Below are positions 10,470 to 19,639 of a stretch of 45,745 nucleotides of DNA, piece by piece. The DNA comes from Campylobacterales bacterium (GTDB lineage Bacteria; Campylobacterota; Campylobacteria; Campylobacterales; Sulfurimonadaceae), in contig JBBRBK010000010.1 of the NCBI GenBank assembly GCA_038205935.1, positions 1 to 45,745 on the forward strand. The letters run 5' to 3'. The notes beneath the pieces were generated by a model. That model made no database searches and was not told where the DNA came from. It was given only the letters and a program-made list of their open reading frames with translations. The translations under genes and the position numbers were made by a program. Numbering within the stretch: position 1 is the first letter of the stretch; each line of letters opens with the position of its first letter.

Positions 10470-11438
10470 ATGAAAACAATTTCTCAACTTACAGATTTTT
10501 ATTATAATACCCTTTATCCTCAGATTTTAGAGCTTGAACGTGAGAGAAAAGCGCTAAAAGAGAGGATGATAAAGCTTGCTGTTTTTATTGGCGCAATAGC
10601 TTTTATACTCTTTTATTTTTTAACCGATAAGTTGCATCGAATAGATAGTTTTGTTCTAGTTTTATTTACCGTTTCACTGCTTGGACTCGGTTCTTTTATT
10701 TATAAATTTATGACAAAAGATTATGCCACGTCTTTTAAATTCCAAATCATCGAACCGCTTATCAAAGAGATTGATGAAAATCTTCGCTACAATCCCACCT
10801 ATAAAATCGACCAACAGACTTTTATTAACTCTGAAATTTTTAAAGAGAAGATCGACCGTTACAACGGAAATGACTATGTTACAGGAAGTATAGATGGCGT
10901 GCAGATCAGCTTTAGCGACTTACATGTAGAAAAAGAGGAGAAGGATTCTAAAGGCAGATCAAACTACCGGACAATTTTCCAAGGACTATTTATTGTCACT
11001 TCGTTTAACAAGTATTTTTCAAACTCTACTATAATTCTGCCCGATAGTGCCCAAAGTTTATTTGGTTCACTTATAGGCGGTTGGCTGCAGTCAAATAATT
11101 TTAGCAGAAGCCAACTTGTAAAGATGGATGATCCTGAGTTTGAAAAAGAGTTTGTTGTGTATGGAACTGACCAGATAGAGGCCAGATATATCCTTTCACA
11201 CTCGATGATGCAACGCATTTTGGAGTTAAAAAAGAAAACAGCAAAGCCACTTTATCTCTCTTTTAAAGATGGACAGATGAATCTAGCAATTTCGTACAAT
11301 AAAGATCTTTTTGAGCCCTCTATTTTTAGTTCGCTTTTAGAGTACAAAGTGATGATAGAATATATAAAAACACTTCAGTTGACGCTTTCTCTCGTCACGG
11401 AGTTAAAATTAAATGAAAAATTATGGAGCAAACGTTGA
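10470..11438 (+). CDS. DUF3137-type membrane protein (common lemA neighbour)
   Basis: Two N-terminal TMs, TIFQGLF, MDDPEFEKEFVVYGTDQIEARYILS. Confidence 0.8.
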   Translation: MKTISQLTDFYYNTLYPQILELERERKALKERMIKLAVFIGAIAFILFYFLTDKLHRIDSFVLVLFTVSLLGLGSFIYKFMTKDYATSFKFQIIEPLIKEIDENLRYNPTYKIDQQTFINSEIFKEKIDRYNGNDYVTGSIDGVQISFSDLHVEKEEKDSKGRSNYRTIFQGLFIVTSFNKYFSNSTIILPDSAQSLFGSLIGGWLQSNNFSRSQLVKMDDPEFEKEFVVYGTDQIEARYILSHSMMQRILELKKKTAKPLYLSFKDGQMNLAISYNKDLFEPSIFSSLLEYKVMIEYIKTLQLTLSLVTELKLNEKLWSKR

Positions 11439-12235
11439 CAAACGATAATATTTTTATCCTTAGTATCAAAGATTTCTTTTCCCTAAAAATGATGAAATTC
11501 TCAATCGCTCCATTTTTCATCGCTCTTATCCTTGTTTACACGATAGTTTTTTACTTTGCACATTTGACCATCAAAGATCTACGCCATGCATCTGTACATG
11601 TACATCAATCGCAAACAACTATTGTTGATGGACTAGAAACCATAGATACAACAGGTGTTGACTTTCAAAGCTCGTCAATACTGACTTTTCTGATGAGCCA
11701 CGCCCTGACATCTTGGATCGTGACTTTTTTAGTCTATACTATGGGAAGTATGCTTGCACTTATTCTGACTATCTTTATATCTCTTATTGCCATCACCTTT
11801 TTAACACCCTTTATTCTCAAAAATATACATCAAAAGCACTATAGCGATATAGAAATGAAGGGGTATGATAACTTTTTTTGGTCGATCATAAAAATATTTA
11901 GATGGTTTGTTATTATGCTTACTATGTTCCTACTTTTTATCCCGTTTTACTTTGTGCCGATACTCAACGTAATTATGTTCAATCTTCCAATGTACTATTT
12001 TTTCCATAAAATATTGACGTATGATGTGGCATCAAATATTAGTACAAAAAATGAATATAAAAAGATTATGTTTTTTGCGGGCACGGAGATACGAATCAAA
12101 ACTTTTCTTCTCTACCTTGTTTCACTGATCCCTTTTGCGGTTCTTTTTACTGGAGTTTACTACATTATCTTCATGGGACACACCTATTTTAGAGAAACTA
12201 GAGAGTTAAGAGAGAGTAACAATTACTCGCTCTAA
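11423..12235 (+). CDS. EI24/CysZ-like integral membrane protein
   Basis: Multi-TM protein with FLTP...IHQKHY and IPFYFVPILN; family call is by resemblance only. Confidence 0.65.
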   Translation: MEQTLTNDNIFILSIKDFFSLKMMKFSIAPFFIALILVYTIVFYFAHLTIKDLRHASVHVHQSQTTIVDGLETIDTTGVDFQSSSILTFLMSHALTSWIVTFLVYTMGSMLALILTIFISLIAITFLTPFILKNIHQKHYSDIEMKGYDNFFWSIIKIFRWFVIMLTMFLLFIPFYFVPILNVIMFNLPMYYFFHKILTYDVASNISTKNEYKKIMFFAGTEIRIKTFLLYLVSLIPFAVLFTGVYYIIFMGHTYFRETRELRESNNYSL

Positions 12236-12781
12236 CTTCGCATGTAAGGCGTTCAAACTCTCTTCTTCTGCTTGAATCCTAAAGCATACATCTGAGTCAA
12301 AAAACTTTTCTACTATTGTAATTTCCAGTTGTAAACATTCATACTCCACTCTTCCCATATCACTGTAAGAAAATGAGATCATTTCTATTTTCTCTTTTTT
12401 ATATGATATAAGTTCAGCCAGATTCACCGCCATATTGACTGCGTCACTGTAAGCACGAACAAGTCCGCCAGTTCCCAGTTTTGTCCCACCAAAATAGCGT
12501 ACAACAATAACCGCAGTATTGATGAGTTCCTGTCCCTGCAATACGCAAAGAGTCGGTTTTCCTGAAGTTCCTTTTGGCTCTCCATCATCGCTTGAATGCT
12601 CAACGATCTGGTCAAACTCATTGAGGTATCTATAAGAAGTCACAAAATGGCGTGCTTTTGGATGCTCAATTTTAAGAGCCTCAAGAGTGCTTTTATAGAG
12701 ATGATAAGGGACAATATGCGCTATAAATTTTGATTGCTTTTCTTCGTAAGTTGCAGTGGTATGAGAAGTTATAAAAAACAT
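12206..12781 (-). CDS. yigZ: YigZ/IMPACT family protein
   Basis: KQSKFIA, HPKARH, SDDGEPKGTSGKP, VVRYFGGTKLGTGGLVRAY. Confidence 0.93.
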   Translation of the reverse strand: MFFITSHTTATYEEKQSKFIAHIVPYHLYKSTLEALKIEHPKARHFVTSYRYLNEFDQIVEHSSDDGEPKGTSGKPTLCVLQGQELINTAVIVVRYFGGTKLGTGGLVRAYSDAVNMAVNLAELISYKKEKIEMISFSYSDMGRVEYECLQLEITIVEKFFDSDVCFRIQAEEESLNALHAKLERVIVTLS

Positions 12782-12788
12782 TTAAAGG

Positions 12789-12820
12789 CTTACATGTAAG
12801 ACATTTTGCTTACATGTAAA
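12789..12820. repeat. tandem pair of TTACATGTAA palindromes in the yebC-yigZ spacer
   Basis: GCTTACATGTAAG and GCTTACATGTAAA with a 20-bp period. Confidence 0.9.
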
Positions 12821-12823
12821 GAG

Positions 12824-13534
12824 TTATGCTATATTTGTAAAGATGTGTTGTACATCTTCATCATCTTCGAGTCTATCTAGAATCTTATTGATGGCTTCCA
12901 TATGCTCATCACTCAGCTCGATAGGAGTGTTTGCGACGCGCTCTAACACAGCTTTTTTAAGTTCAATTCCAAGGTTTTCAAAGGCGTGTTGAAGATTTCC
13001 AAAATCAGTGTAATCAGCTGTTACTAAAACAATACCCTCTTCCTCTTCTATCTCTTCAAGACCAGCATCGATGAGAGAGAGTTCTAACTCATCAAGATCC
13101 ATATTTGCAGGCATATCAAATTCAAAGATTGCTTTACGAGAAAACATAAACTCTACTGCGCCATTAGTCAAAAGTTCACCACCATTTTTACTCAGTGTTG
13201 ATTTTACATTTGCTACGGTGCGAGTATTGTTATCTGTAGCGCACTCGATGAAAAGTAAAACACCGTGTGGCGCTTTACCCTCAAAGTTGACTTCAGCCAT
13301 AGAAGCCGTATCTTTTGCAGTTGCTCTTTTGATAGCCGCTTCGATATTGTCTTTTGGCATATTTTCAGATTTTGCATTCATAATCGCTGTACGAAGTCTC
13401 GGATTCATATCTGGATCCGCTCCGCCCTCTTTTGCTGCCATTGTGATTATTTTTCCAAGTTTTGGAAATACTTTAGACATATTTCCCCAGCGCTTCATCT
13501 TCGCCGCTTTTCTATATTCAAAAGCTCTACCCAT
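12824..13534 (-). CDS. yebC: YebC/PmpR family protein
   Basis: GGADPDMNPRLR, NMPKDNIEAAIK, TDNNTRT, LEDDEDVQHIFTN. Confidence 0.95.
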   Translation of the reverse strand: MGRAFEYRKAAKMKRWGNMSKVFPKLGKIITMAAKEGGADPDMNPRLRTAIMNAKSENMPKDNIEAAIKRATAKDTASMAEVNFEGKAPHGVLLFIECATDNNTRTVANVKSTLSKNGGELLTNGAVEFMFSRKAIFEFDMPANMDLDELELSLIDAGLEEIEEEEGIVLVTADYTDFGNLQHAFENLGIELKKAVLERVANTPIELSDEHMEAINKILDRLEDDEDVQHIFTNIA

Positions 13535-13564
13535 AGTTACATTCCTATTAAATATTTCTGAGCG

Positions 13565-13573
13565 ATTATAGCA
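13565..13573 (-). promoter_or_regulatory. extended -10 promoter for yebC
   Basis: TGCTATAAT on the minus strand about 30 nt upstream of the ATG; AGGA Shine-Dalgarno present. Confidence 0.65.
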
Positions 13574-13610
13574 GAGCGAGGTTTAAGAGGGTGTTAAGTG
13601 CGGATAAACT

Positions 13611-14384
13611 CTAAATGTTGAATTTATCTACTTCGAAAAAACTCTCGTTTGAAATATTTTTAAATGCGGCGTTCATGGAGACAAAAAGGGTTGGAAATTT
13701 TTTCTCCATATCAAAAAGCATCTCTTTCATATCCGCTCTAGCGTGAGGCATTTTTACATCAAAGCGCATCGATGGACAGGCTTCATCGCCAATAGTCGGC
13801 ATACCATTTTCTAAAGCTGCTGCTGCGAGCTGACGTTCACGAAGCTGGATCAAAGGACGAATAACAATAAGTCCATTTTCTGCTTTATATTTTGGTGCAA
13901 GACTTCGTAGTTGGCCATTGTAGATAAAGTTCATAAAAAAGCTCTCTGCCGCGTCATCAAGATGATGACCAAGAGCTACCTTATTGCAGCCATGTTTCTC
14001 AGCTGCACTGTAAAGTGAACCGCGTCTCATGCGTGAAAAGAAACTACAAAAAGAGGAGTTTTTACGGATCTTCTCTTCTGCTAAATCATAAATATTTGTA
14101 TCATGAATCACATGGGGTATATCATACTCTGCGCAATGAGCTTTAAGCTTGTCAAAGTTTTCATTCATGCCATAAGATACTGTTACAGCCAAGAACTCGA
14201 ACTTAAATGGAGCGCGGCGCTGTTGCTCTTTCATAGCGTGTACCATCGTCAAAGAGTCTTTACCACCGCTAAGACCGACAAGGATTTTATCACCCTCTTC
14301 TATCAAATTAAACTCGGCATTTGTTTTGCCAAGTTTACTCATTATTTTTTTAGATAGTTGGACTTTATTCTCCAATTTTATCAA
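13611..14384 (-). CDS. ttcA: TtcA-family PP-loop ATPase (tRNA 2-thiocytidine biosynthesis-like)
   Basis: PP-loop SGGKDS, ALGHHLDD, IRPL; the Cys motifs are degenerate. Confidence 0.82.
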   Translation of the reverse strand: MIKLENKVQLSKKIMSKLGKTNAEFNLIEEGDKILVGLSGGKDSLTMVHAMKEQQRRAPFKFEFLAVTVSYGMNENFDKLKAHCAEYDIPHVIHDTNIYDLAEEKIRKNSSFCSFFSRMRRGSLYSAAEKHGCNKVALGHHLDDAAESFFMNFIYNGQLRSLAPKYKAENGLIVIRPLIQLRERQLAAAALENGMPTIGDEACPSMRFDVKMPHARADMKEMLFDMEKKFPTLFVSMNAAFKNISNESFFEVDKFNI

Positions 14385-15057
14385 CCATTTTCATCACAAA
14401 CTCAGCACTTATCTTTGCGCTGCTTTCTAAAAATGCATCAAAACTAAAACTCGCGTCCATATCTGCGGCGTCACTGATAGCACGAAGGATAAAAAATGGT
14501 ACATGTAAGGCATTACAAACAACTGCAACGCTTCCACCTTCCATCTCTAAGGCATCTGCACCAAATGTACTTCCTATCCAGTTTTTACGCTCTTCATTTG
14601 CAACGAATTGATCGCCCGTTGCGATGATCCCCTCTTTTACATGTAAGCCCATTTCAGCTGCTACTGTTTTTGAAAGTTCTAGTAGAGTTTTATCAGATTC
14701 TACAAAAACAGCACCTTCAGGAACATAACCAAAAGGGTGTCCAAAAGCTGTGATATCTAGATCATGTTGAGAAAGCTTTGTAGCGACGATTAAATCACCC
14801 ACTTTAAGTTCGCTGCTGATTGCACCGGCAACTCCACTAAAAAGAAGTTTTTGTGCACCAAAATGCTCTATCATTGTCGCCGCAGTAAGCGTTGAAAAAA
14901 CTTTACCGATTTTAGAATAAGCGATAACTAATTCAACTCCGTTATATGTTGCTTCGTAATACTTGTTTCCTGCATACTCTGTTGTTTTATACGTTCCGAT
15001 TTTTTCTAAAATCGGTGCTATCTCTTCTGGCATTGCGCCCATTATTGCTAATTTCAA
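14365..15057 (-). CDS. mtnN: 5'-methylthioadenosine/S-adenosylhomocysteine nucleosidase
   Basis: GAMPEE, SKIGKV, ATGDQFV, LEMEG, RAISD. Confidence 0.96.
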   Translation of the reverse strand: MKLAIMGAMPEEIAPILEKIGTYKTTEYAGNKYYEATYNGVELVIAYSKIGKVFSTLTAATMIEHFGAQKLLFSGVAGAISSELKVGDLIVATKLSQHDLDITAFGHPFGYVPEGAVFVESDKTLLELSKTVAAEMGLHVKEGIIATGDQFVANEERKNWIGSTFGADALEMEGGSVAVVCNALHVPFFILRAISDAADMDASFSFDAFLESSAKISAEFVMKMVDKIGE

Positions 15058-15770
15058 ATCTTTACCTCTACTGTTTTAGTTACGCAATCAAAGAGCGGGA
15101 GTTGCTCTAAAATTTTTGCATTTTTATCTAGTACACAACTTCCACCCCAAAAACCAAGCCCATCTTCAAACCCGACACGATTAACAAAGACGACTTTTGT
15201 ATCGCAATGCAGTGCCAGAGATTTTAAAAGTGCCATCCATTGTTCTTGAATATCGAGTGAATCATCTTCAAAACCACGCGCTGGAGAAGCTGCGAGGACA
15301 TAAACGATCTTTGGTTTTTTAGCATAAAGTTCTGCGGCGGTATTTGGATGCCAAAGATCTTCGCAAACAAGCATTGCCACTTCGCCATAAAATGCCCTAA
15401 ATGTCTCAAATTTCTCGCCACTTGCAAAGTATCTCGCTTCTTCAAACATTCCATAATTTGGAAGATGTACTTTTTTATGAATACTTAAAAGCTCGCCTCT
15501 ACTAAAATAAAGGGCGCAGTTAAAATACTCGTTATCTATGTTGATTGCCGCACCAACAACGATATCTATGGTCTTACTTGCATCACAAAGTGAGTTTAGT
15601 TCATCCTCGCGAAAGGCATCTTCGAGAAGCTTATCTTGAAGAAGATATCCATTTAAAGCAAGTTCACTAAAAACGATGATATCACTCTTACATGCAAGCA
15701 CTTGAGTAAGCACAAAATCCAAGTTAGTTCTATTTAATTTCGGCGCATTTTGAACTAAAGTTATCTTCAT
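15054..15770 (-). CDS. carbon-nitrogen hydrolase resembling the glutaminase domain of Gln-dependent NAD synthetase
   Basis: E-K-C triad (FSEL, KKVHLPNYGMFEEARYF, CEDLW); NRVGFEDGLGFWGGS. Confidence 0.85.
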   Translation of the reverse strand: MKITLVQNAPKLNRTNLDFVLTQVLACKSDIIVFSELALNGYLLQDKLLEDAFREDELNSLCDASKTIDIVVGAAINIDNEYFNCALYFSRGELLSIHKKVHLPNYGMFEEARYFASGEKFETFRAFYGEVAMLVCEDLWHPNTAAELYAKKPKIVYVLAASPARGFEDDSLDIQEQWMALLKSLALHCDTKVVFVNRVGFEDGLGFWGGSCVLDKNAKILEQLPLFDCVTKTVEVKI

Positions 15771-15773
15771 TTT

Positions 15774-16712
15774 TTATGCTTGAAGTGCTTCTATGACGCT
15801 GTTTAAAGAGTCCATATCAGAAACATTTAAAGTCTCGATATCTTTAGCGATTCTGCGGTTGAGCCCTTTAAGAACACTCCCGTTACCAAACTCTATAAAG
15901 AGATCTACATCATTTGCTATTGCTTCGATTGACTGTTTATACTTAACCGGTTTTACAAGCTGATCTTTTAAAAGGGTAATCGCTTCATCTTTCGTGCTGT
16001 ATGGTTTCATCGTCACATTCGAGATAATCGGTGCGCTAAAGCTCTCTTTGACCATCGCTTGCATAGCAACTTCTAGCGGAGCTTGTGCAGGTGAAAGAAG
16101 TTCACAGTGGCTTGCAACTGACATATTTAAAAGTATCGCACGTTTTGCACCCGCTTCTTTAAAAGTACTTTCCATAGCTTGTAAATCTGCTTTTAACCCT
16201 GCAACAACAACCTGACCATCTTGGTTAAAGTTTGCTGCCCAAACCTTTTTACCCGCTGTTCTTGCATCTGCACACACTTTAAGAACACTTTCATCATCAA
16301 GCCCGACAAGTGCCATCATCCCAGCTTCTATTTTCTCACAAGCTTCTTGCATCAAAGCTCCACGCTTATGAACAAGCTCGACTGCATCGACATAATCTAT
16401 CGCACCAGATGCACACAGAGCACTAAATTCACCTAAAGAGTGCCCAAGGAAAAGCGCTGGAACTGTCGGATTTGTCTCTTGAAAAAGACGATATGCGATC
16501 ACGCTGATAAGTAAAATTGCCGGTTGTGTGTATGCCGTTTGTGCTAATTGCTCATTTTCTTCAAATAAAAGTTCAGTAAAATCAACACCTATTCTCTCAC
16601 CCGCATTTTTAAACATTTCACGTGCCAACTCACTATTTTCATAAAACGATTTGCCCATACCTACGGTTTGACTTCCCTGTCCTGGAAAAATCATTGCTAT
16701 TTTTTTACTCAT
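15774..16712 (-). CDS. fabD: malonyl-CoA:ACP transacylase
   Basis: FPGQGSQ, GHSLGE, SVASH. Confidence 0.97.
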   Translation of the reverse strand: MSKKIAMIFPGQGSQTVGMGKSFYENSELAREMFKNAGERIGVDFTELLFEENEQLAQTAYTQPAILLISVIAYRLFQETNPTVPALFLGHSLGEFSALCASGAIDYVDAVELVHKRGALMQEACEKIEAGMMALVGLDDESVLKVCADARTAGKKVWAANFNQDGQVVVAGLKADLQAMESTFKEAGAKRAILLNMSVASHCELLSPAQAPLEVAMQAMVKESFSAPIISNVTMKPYSTKDEAITLLKDQLVKPVKYKQSIEAIANDVDLFIEFGNGSVLKGLNRRIAKDIETLNVSDMDSLNSVIEALQA

Positions 16713-16733
16713 AAAACTCCCTATATTAAATGT

Positions 16734-17489
16734 TTATAATCCATACTCACTATTGTCTGCTATTTTTTTTCTCAAAGTATTGCGATTGAGTCCCAATCTG
16801 TCAGCTAACTGCAGTTGAGATTTGAATTTTTTTAGTCCTGCACGAATCAAAGGAACTTCATATATATAAAGATTATTTCTATAATCGCTATTTGTTCCTA
16901 TTTTATCTTCCAAATAATTTTCTATTAAATACATCAACTCATTTACGGTAATATTTTCTAAAAATGCATGAGAATATATCTGTTTCTTAAGAGAGATTGA
17001 ATTATCTAAGAGATCAGGAACAAAATTTTTGCGATTAAATTTCACATCTTCTCTTACTATCTCTTTTACTTCATCCAAATAAATATCAATTAAAGCTTCA
17101 ACATCTTCCATTCTTTTATTTAATGGGGGAAGGTCAAACTTTACACTAAAAAGATCATCATAAAGTTCATTTGTACTTACATGTACGCAAGTCGCAACAA
17201 CTCTTATTTTTTTTTCTTGTATCGCTTGAAAAACTCTGTGTATATTTGGAGAGCTTTCAATATTGGTAATTATTATTTCATTGCTACTTTCAATAGCAGT
17301 TAGAAGTTCATCAAAAGAAGATGCATCTATAACGGATGCATTAGGAACAATATATTTTGCAAGTGTTCTTTTACCTGTGCCTCGCTCACCATAAATCAAA
17401 GTATTTACAGTGAGAGATTTTAATAAATTTGCAGTCTTGAACGCTTCTTTTGAAGCATTCGAAGCCGTGATAAATTTAGTGACAGCCAC
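16734..17489 (-). CDS. degenerate sigma54-activator-like P-loop domain plus Fis-type HTH
   Basis: LIYGERGTGK Walker A, LPPLNKRMED, C-terminal QLADRLGLNRNTLRKK. The start is uncertain; GTG at 17489, overlapping the slyD end, is preferred. Confidence 0.78.
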   Translation of the reverse strand: MAVTKFITASNASKEAFKTANLLKSLTVNTLIYGERGTGKRTLAKYIVPNASVIDASSFDELLTAIESSNEIIITNIESSPNIHRVFQAIQEKKIRVVATCVHVSTNELYDDLFSVKFDLPPLNKRMEDVEALIDIYLDEVKEIVREDVKFNRKNFVPDLLDNSISLKKQIYSHAFLENITVNELMYLIENYLEDKIGTNSDYRNNLYIYEVPLIRAGLKKFKSQLQLADRLGLNRNTLRKKIADNSEYGL

Positions 17490-17997
17490 AGCCACTGCCG
17501 CCGCCAGTTCCACAACAACCAGAGTCATCTACCATATTTTCAACAGGCACTCCAGACATTATTTCTTCAGCAGATGCATCACGGATATTGTTGATTGCAA
17601 CCGTAAACATCAAAGCTTTACCAGCTAAAGGATGATTAAAATCGATCACAATTGTATCTTCGCCAATTTCTTTTACTATGACTTGTACAGTTGAACCATC
17701 TTCACCTTGACCATAAAGGCTCATGCCCATTTCAAGCTCAATGCCAGCGAATTGTTCACGAGGCAACTCTTCAACTGCTTCTTCATTATAAACACCATAA
17801 GCATCTTCTGCAGTAACATGAACGTCACCTTTTTCGCCGATAGCCATGTTTTTAATGCCATTTTCAAGACCAGGAATAATCTGACCTTTTCCAAACATAA
17901 ATACTAATGGAGCACCACCAATATTACTATCTACAACAGTATCACCATCACGTACTTCATACTCAATAGAGACTATTTGATTTGTTTCAATTGCCAT
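17476..17997 (-). CDS. slyD: FKBP-type peptidyl-prolyl isomerase SlyD
   Basis: GKGQIIPGLE, DFNHPLAGK, Cys/Gly tail GCCGTGGGSGCGCH; start MAIE at 17997. Confidence 0.95.
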   Translation of the reverse strand: MAIETNQIVSIEYEVRDGDTVVDSNIGGAPLVFMFGKGQIIPGLENGIKNMAIGEKGDVHVTAEDAYGVYNEEAVEELPREQFAGIELEMGMSLYGQGEDGSTVQVIVKEIGEDTIVIDFNHPLAGKALMFTVAINNIRDASAEEIMSGVPVENMVDDSGCCGTGGGSGCGCH

Positions 17998-18077
17998 ATT
18001 TTTCACCTTGATTATATTTTTTTTGGATTGTATCATTTATAATTTTCATAAAGGCTGAAAAATTATATCTGATACGC

Positions 18078-19001
18078 TTATTTTAAGCTTGAAAGAATTT
18101 TCTTTGCATCTTTTGCTTCACTAGATTTTGGATAGTTTGTGATAAGTGCACTTAAAAATTTCTTCGCAGTATCATTATCTTTAGTTTTTTGCATTGCGAT
18201 TGCCGTATGAAGCATCAAAGTTGGCATATAAGTTGCCGTTTCATTACGGGTACCACTTTCTTTATAGTAAGAGATCGCATCAGAATAATTTTTAGTTTTA
18301 TAGCTTACTTCACCAGCCATGTAGTTAGAATATGCAGCTTTATAGTTTTTTGATATCAAATAATCATAACACTCTTTTGCTTTATCATAATCTTTACTCT
18401 TATAATAACCCTCAGCTTTGCTATAAACCTTTACGGTACCCATAGAATCTAAAGATTCACCAGAAGACTTAGCAGCTGATGGCTTGACTTTAGAGCCCAA
18501 TAAACTCTTCATATCATTCACATCTTTTACTAAACTGTTGTATTCTTCTTTAGAGACATAATTTTTATTGATTGTATCTACGACTGTAGACATGTCAGTC
18601 ATAAGCAATTTAAGCTTTTCTAGGTTATCACTATTTGTTTTGATCAGTTGGTCTATTTTTTGACTACGTGCATCTTTAGACTCTGAGCCTTCTTTACTAT
18701 TTGAAAGAAGTGTTTGTATATCTAAACTATTTTGATGTGATGTTTTGGAAATACCTTCAACAACTGTTTGAAAACCATCAACTCTCTCACGGAGTGAATC
18801 AATTTTGTTGTCTACGGAAGAAGTTTTTTGACGTAAGCCATCAAGTTTTTGCTTATTTTCCAATACGACTTTTTCACTTTGAGTAAGTCCATAAGGAGAA
18901 GGAGAATCTAGATCACCAGCTCCGAACGCAGATGGTTCAGAACTAAACAGTGATATAGGAAGAAGCGATGCAAAAACTATAAAAGAGAGTGCGCGCTTCA
19001 T
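18078..19001 (-). CDS. cpoB: Tol-Pal associated coiled-coil/TPR periplasmic protein (CpoB/YbgF-like)
   Basis: Signal peptide, EPSAFGAG, coiled coil, TPR-like C-terminus ending YPKSSEA; directly after pal. Confidence 0.8.
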   Translation of the reverse strand: MKRALSFIVFASLLPISLFSSEPSAFGAGDLDSPSPYGLTQSEKVVLENKQKLDGLRQKTSSVDNKIDSLRERVDGFQTVVEGISKTSHQNSLDIQTLLSNSKEGSESKDARSQKIDQLIKTNSDNLEKLKLLMTDMSTVVDTINKNYVSKEEYNSLVKDVNDMKSLLGSKVKPSAAKSSGESLDSMGTVKVYSKAEGYYKSKDYDKAKECYDYLISKNYKAAYSNYMAGEVSYKTKNYSDAISYYKESGTRNETATYMPTLMLHTAIAMQKTKDNDTAKKFLSALITNYPKSSEAKDAKKILSSLK

Positions 19002-19004
19002 ATA

Positions 19005-19565
19005 TTATGGAAGAAGTTTGAAATCTACGCGACGGTTTTTAGCCCAACATTCTTTTGTTTTTTCAGCACATACTGGAGTACTTTTACCTAAACTTACCAT
19101 TGAAATACGTTTAGCATCAACACCTTCGTTTAGTAATTCAGTTTTTACTGCCTGTGCACGTTTAAGACCTAGTGCGAAGTTATACTCATCACTACCCCAC
19201 TCATCACAGTTACCTTCTAATTTTACTCCATATGCAGAAGCTGCAGCTTTAGCTACACTAGCATCAGTAGTAACATTTGCTTTCATATCTTCACGTATAT
19301 TGAATTTATCAAAATCAAAATATACAGAAGTCATACTTTTTTCAATATCTGCCATAGATGTACTGCTAGCTGCAGCGTTATCTGCTGTATTTTGAGCAGT
19401 AGTTGTATCAGATGAAGTAGTATCTCCTGTATTCACAGAAGACGACTCTAGTGATGGTGTAGTGATTGTTTTAGCAGTCTGATCAACAGTCGGCTTATTT
19501 GTACTACATCCAGAAAACAACAAAACAGCAACAGCTACGCTCGATAATATAACATTTCTCTTCAT
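19005..19565 (-). CDS. pal: peptidoglycan-associated lipoprotein
   Basis: Lipobox FSGC, VYFDFDK, EGNCDEWGSDEYNFALG, NRRVDF. Confidence 0.95.
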   Translation of the reverse strand: MKRNVILSSVAVAVLLFSGCSTNKPTVDQTAKTITTPSLESSSVNTGDTTSSDTTTAQNTADNAAASSTSMADIEKSMTSVYFDFDKFNIREDMKANVTTDASVAKAAASAYGVKLEGNCDEWGSDEYNFALGLKRAQAVKTELLNEGVDAKRISMVSLGKSTPVCAEKTKECWAKNRRVDFKLLP

Positions 19566-19593
19566 GAAACACCTTTGTATTTAATATGCTGTT

Positions 19594-19602
19594 ATTATAT
19601 CA
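19594..19602 (-). promoter_or_regulatory. extended -10 promoter for pal
   Basis: TGATATAAT on the minus strand in the tolB-pal spacer. Confidence 0.6.
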
Positions 19603-19639
19603 AAAAAACTGTTAATAATTTTAATAAAACACTCTTCTC

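Noticed and set aside
12206..12235. 30-bp convergent overlap of the EI24-like gene and yigZ
   Set aside because: Short tail-to-tail overlaps are common in compact genomes.
17476..17525. Cys/Gly-rich SlyD tail as a novel metal-binding peptide
   Set aside because: A metal-binding C-terminal tail is a known feature of SlyD.
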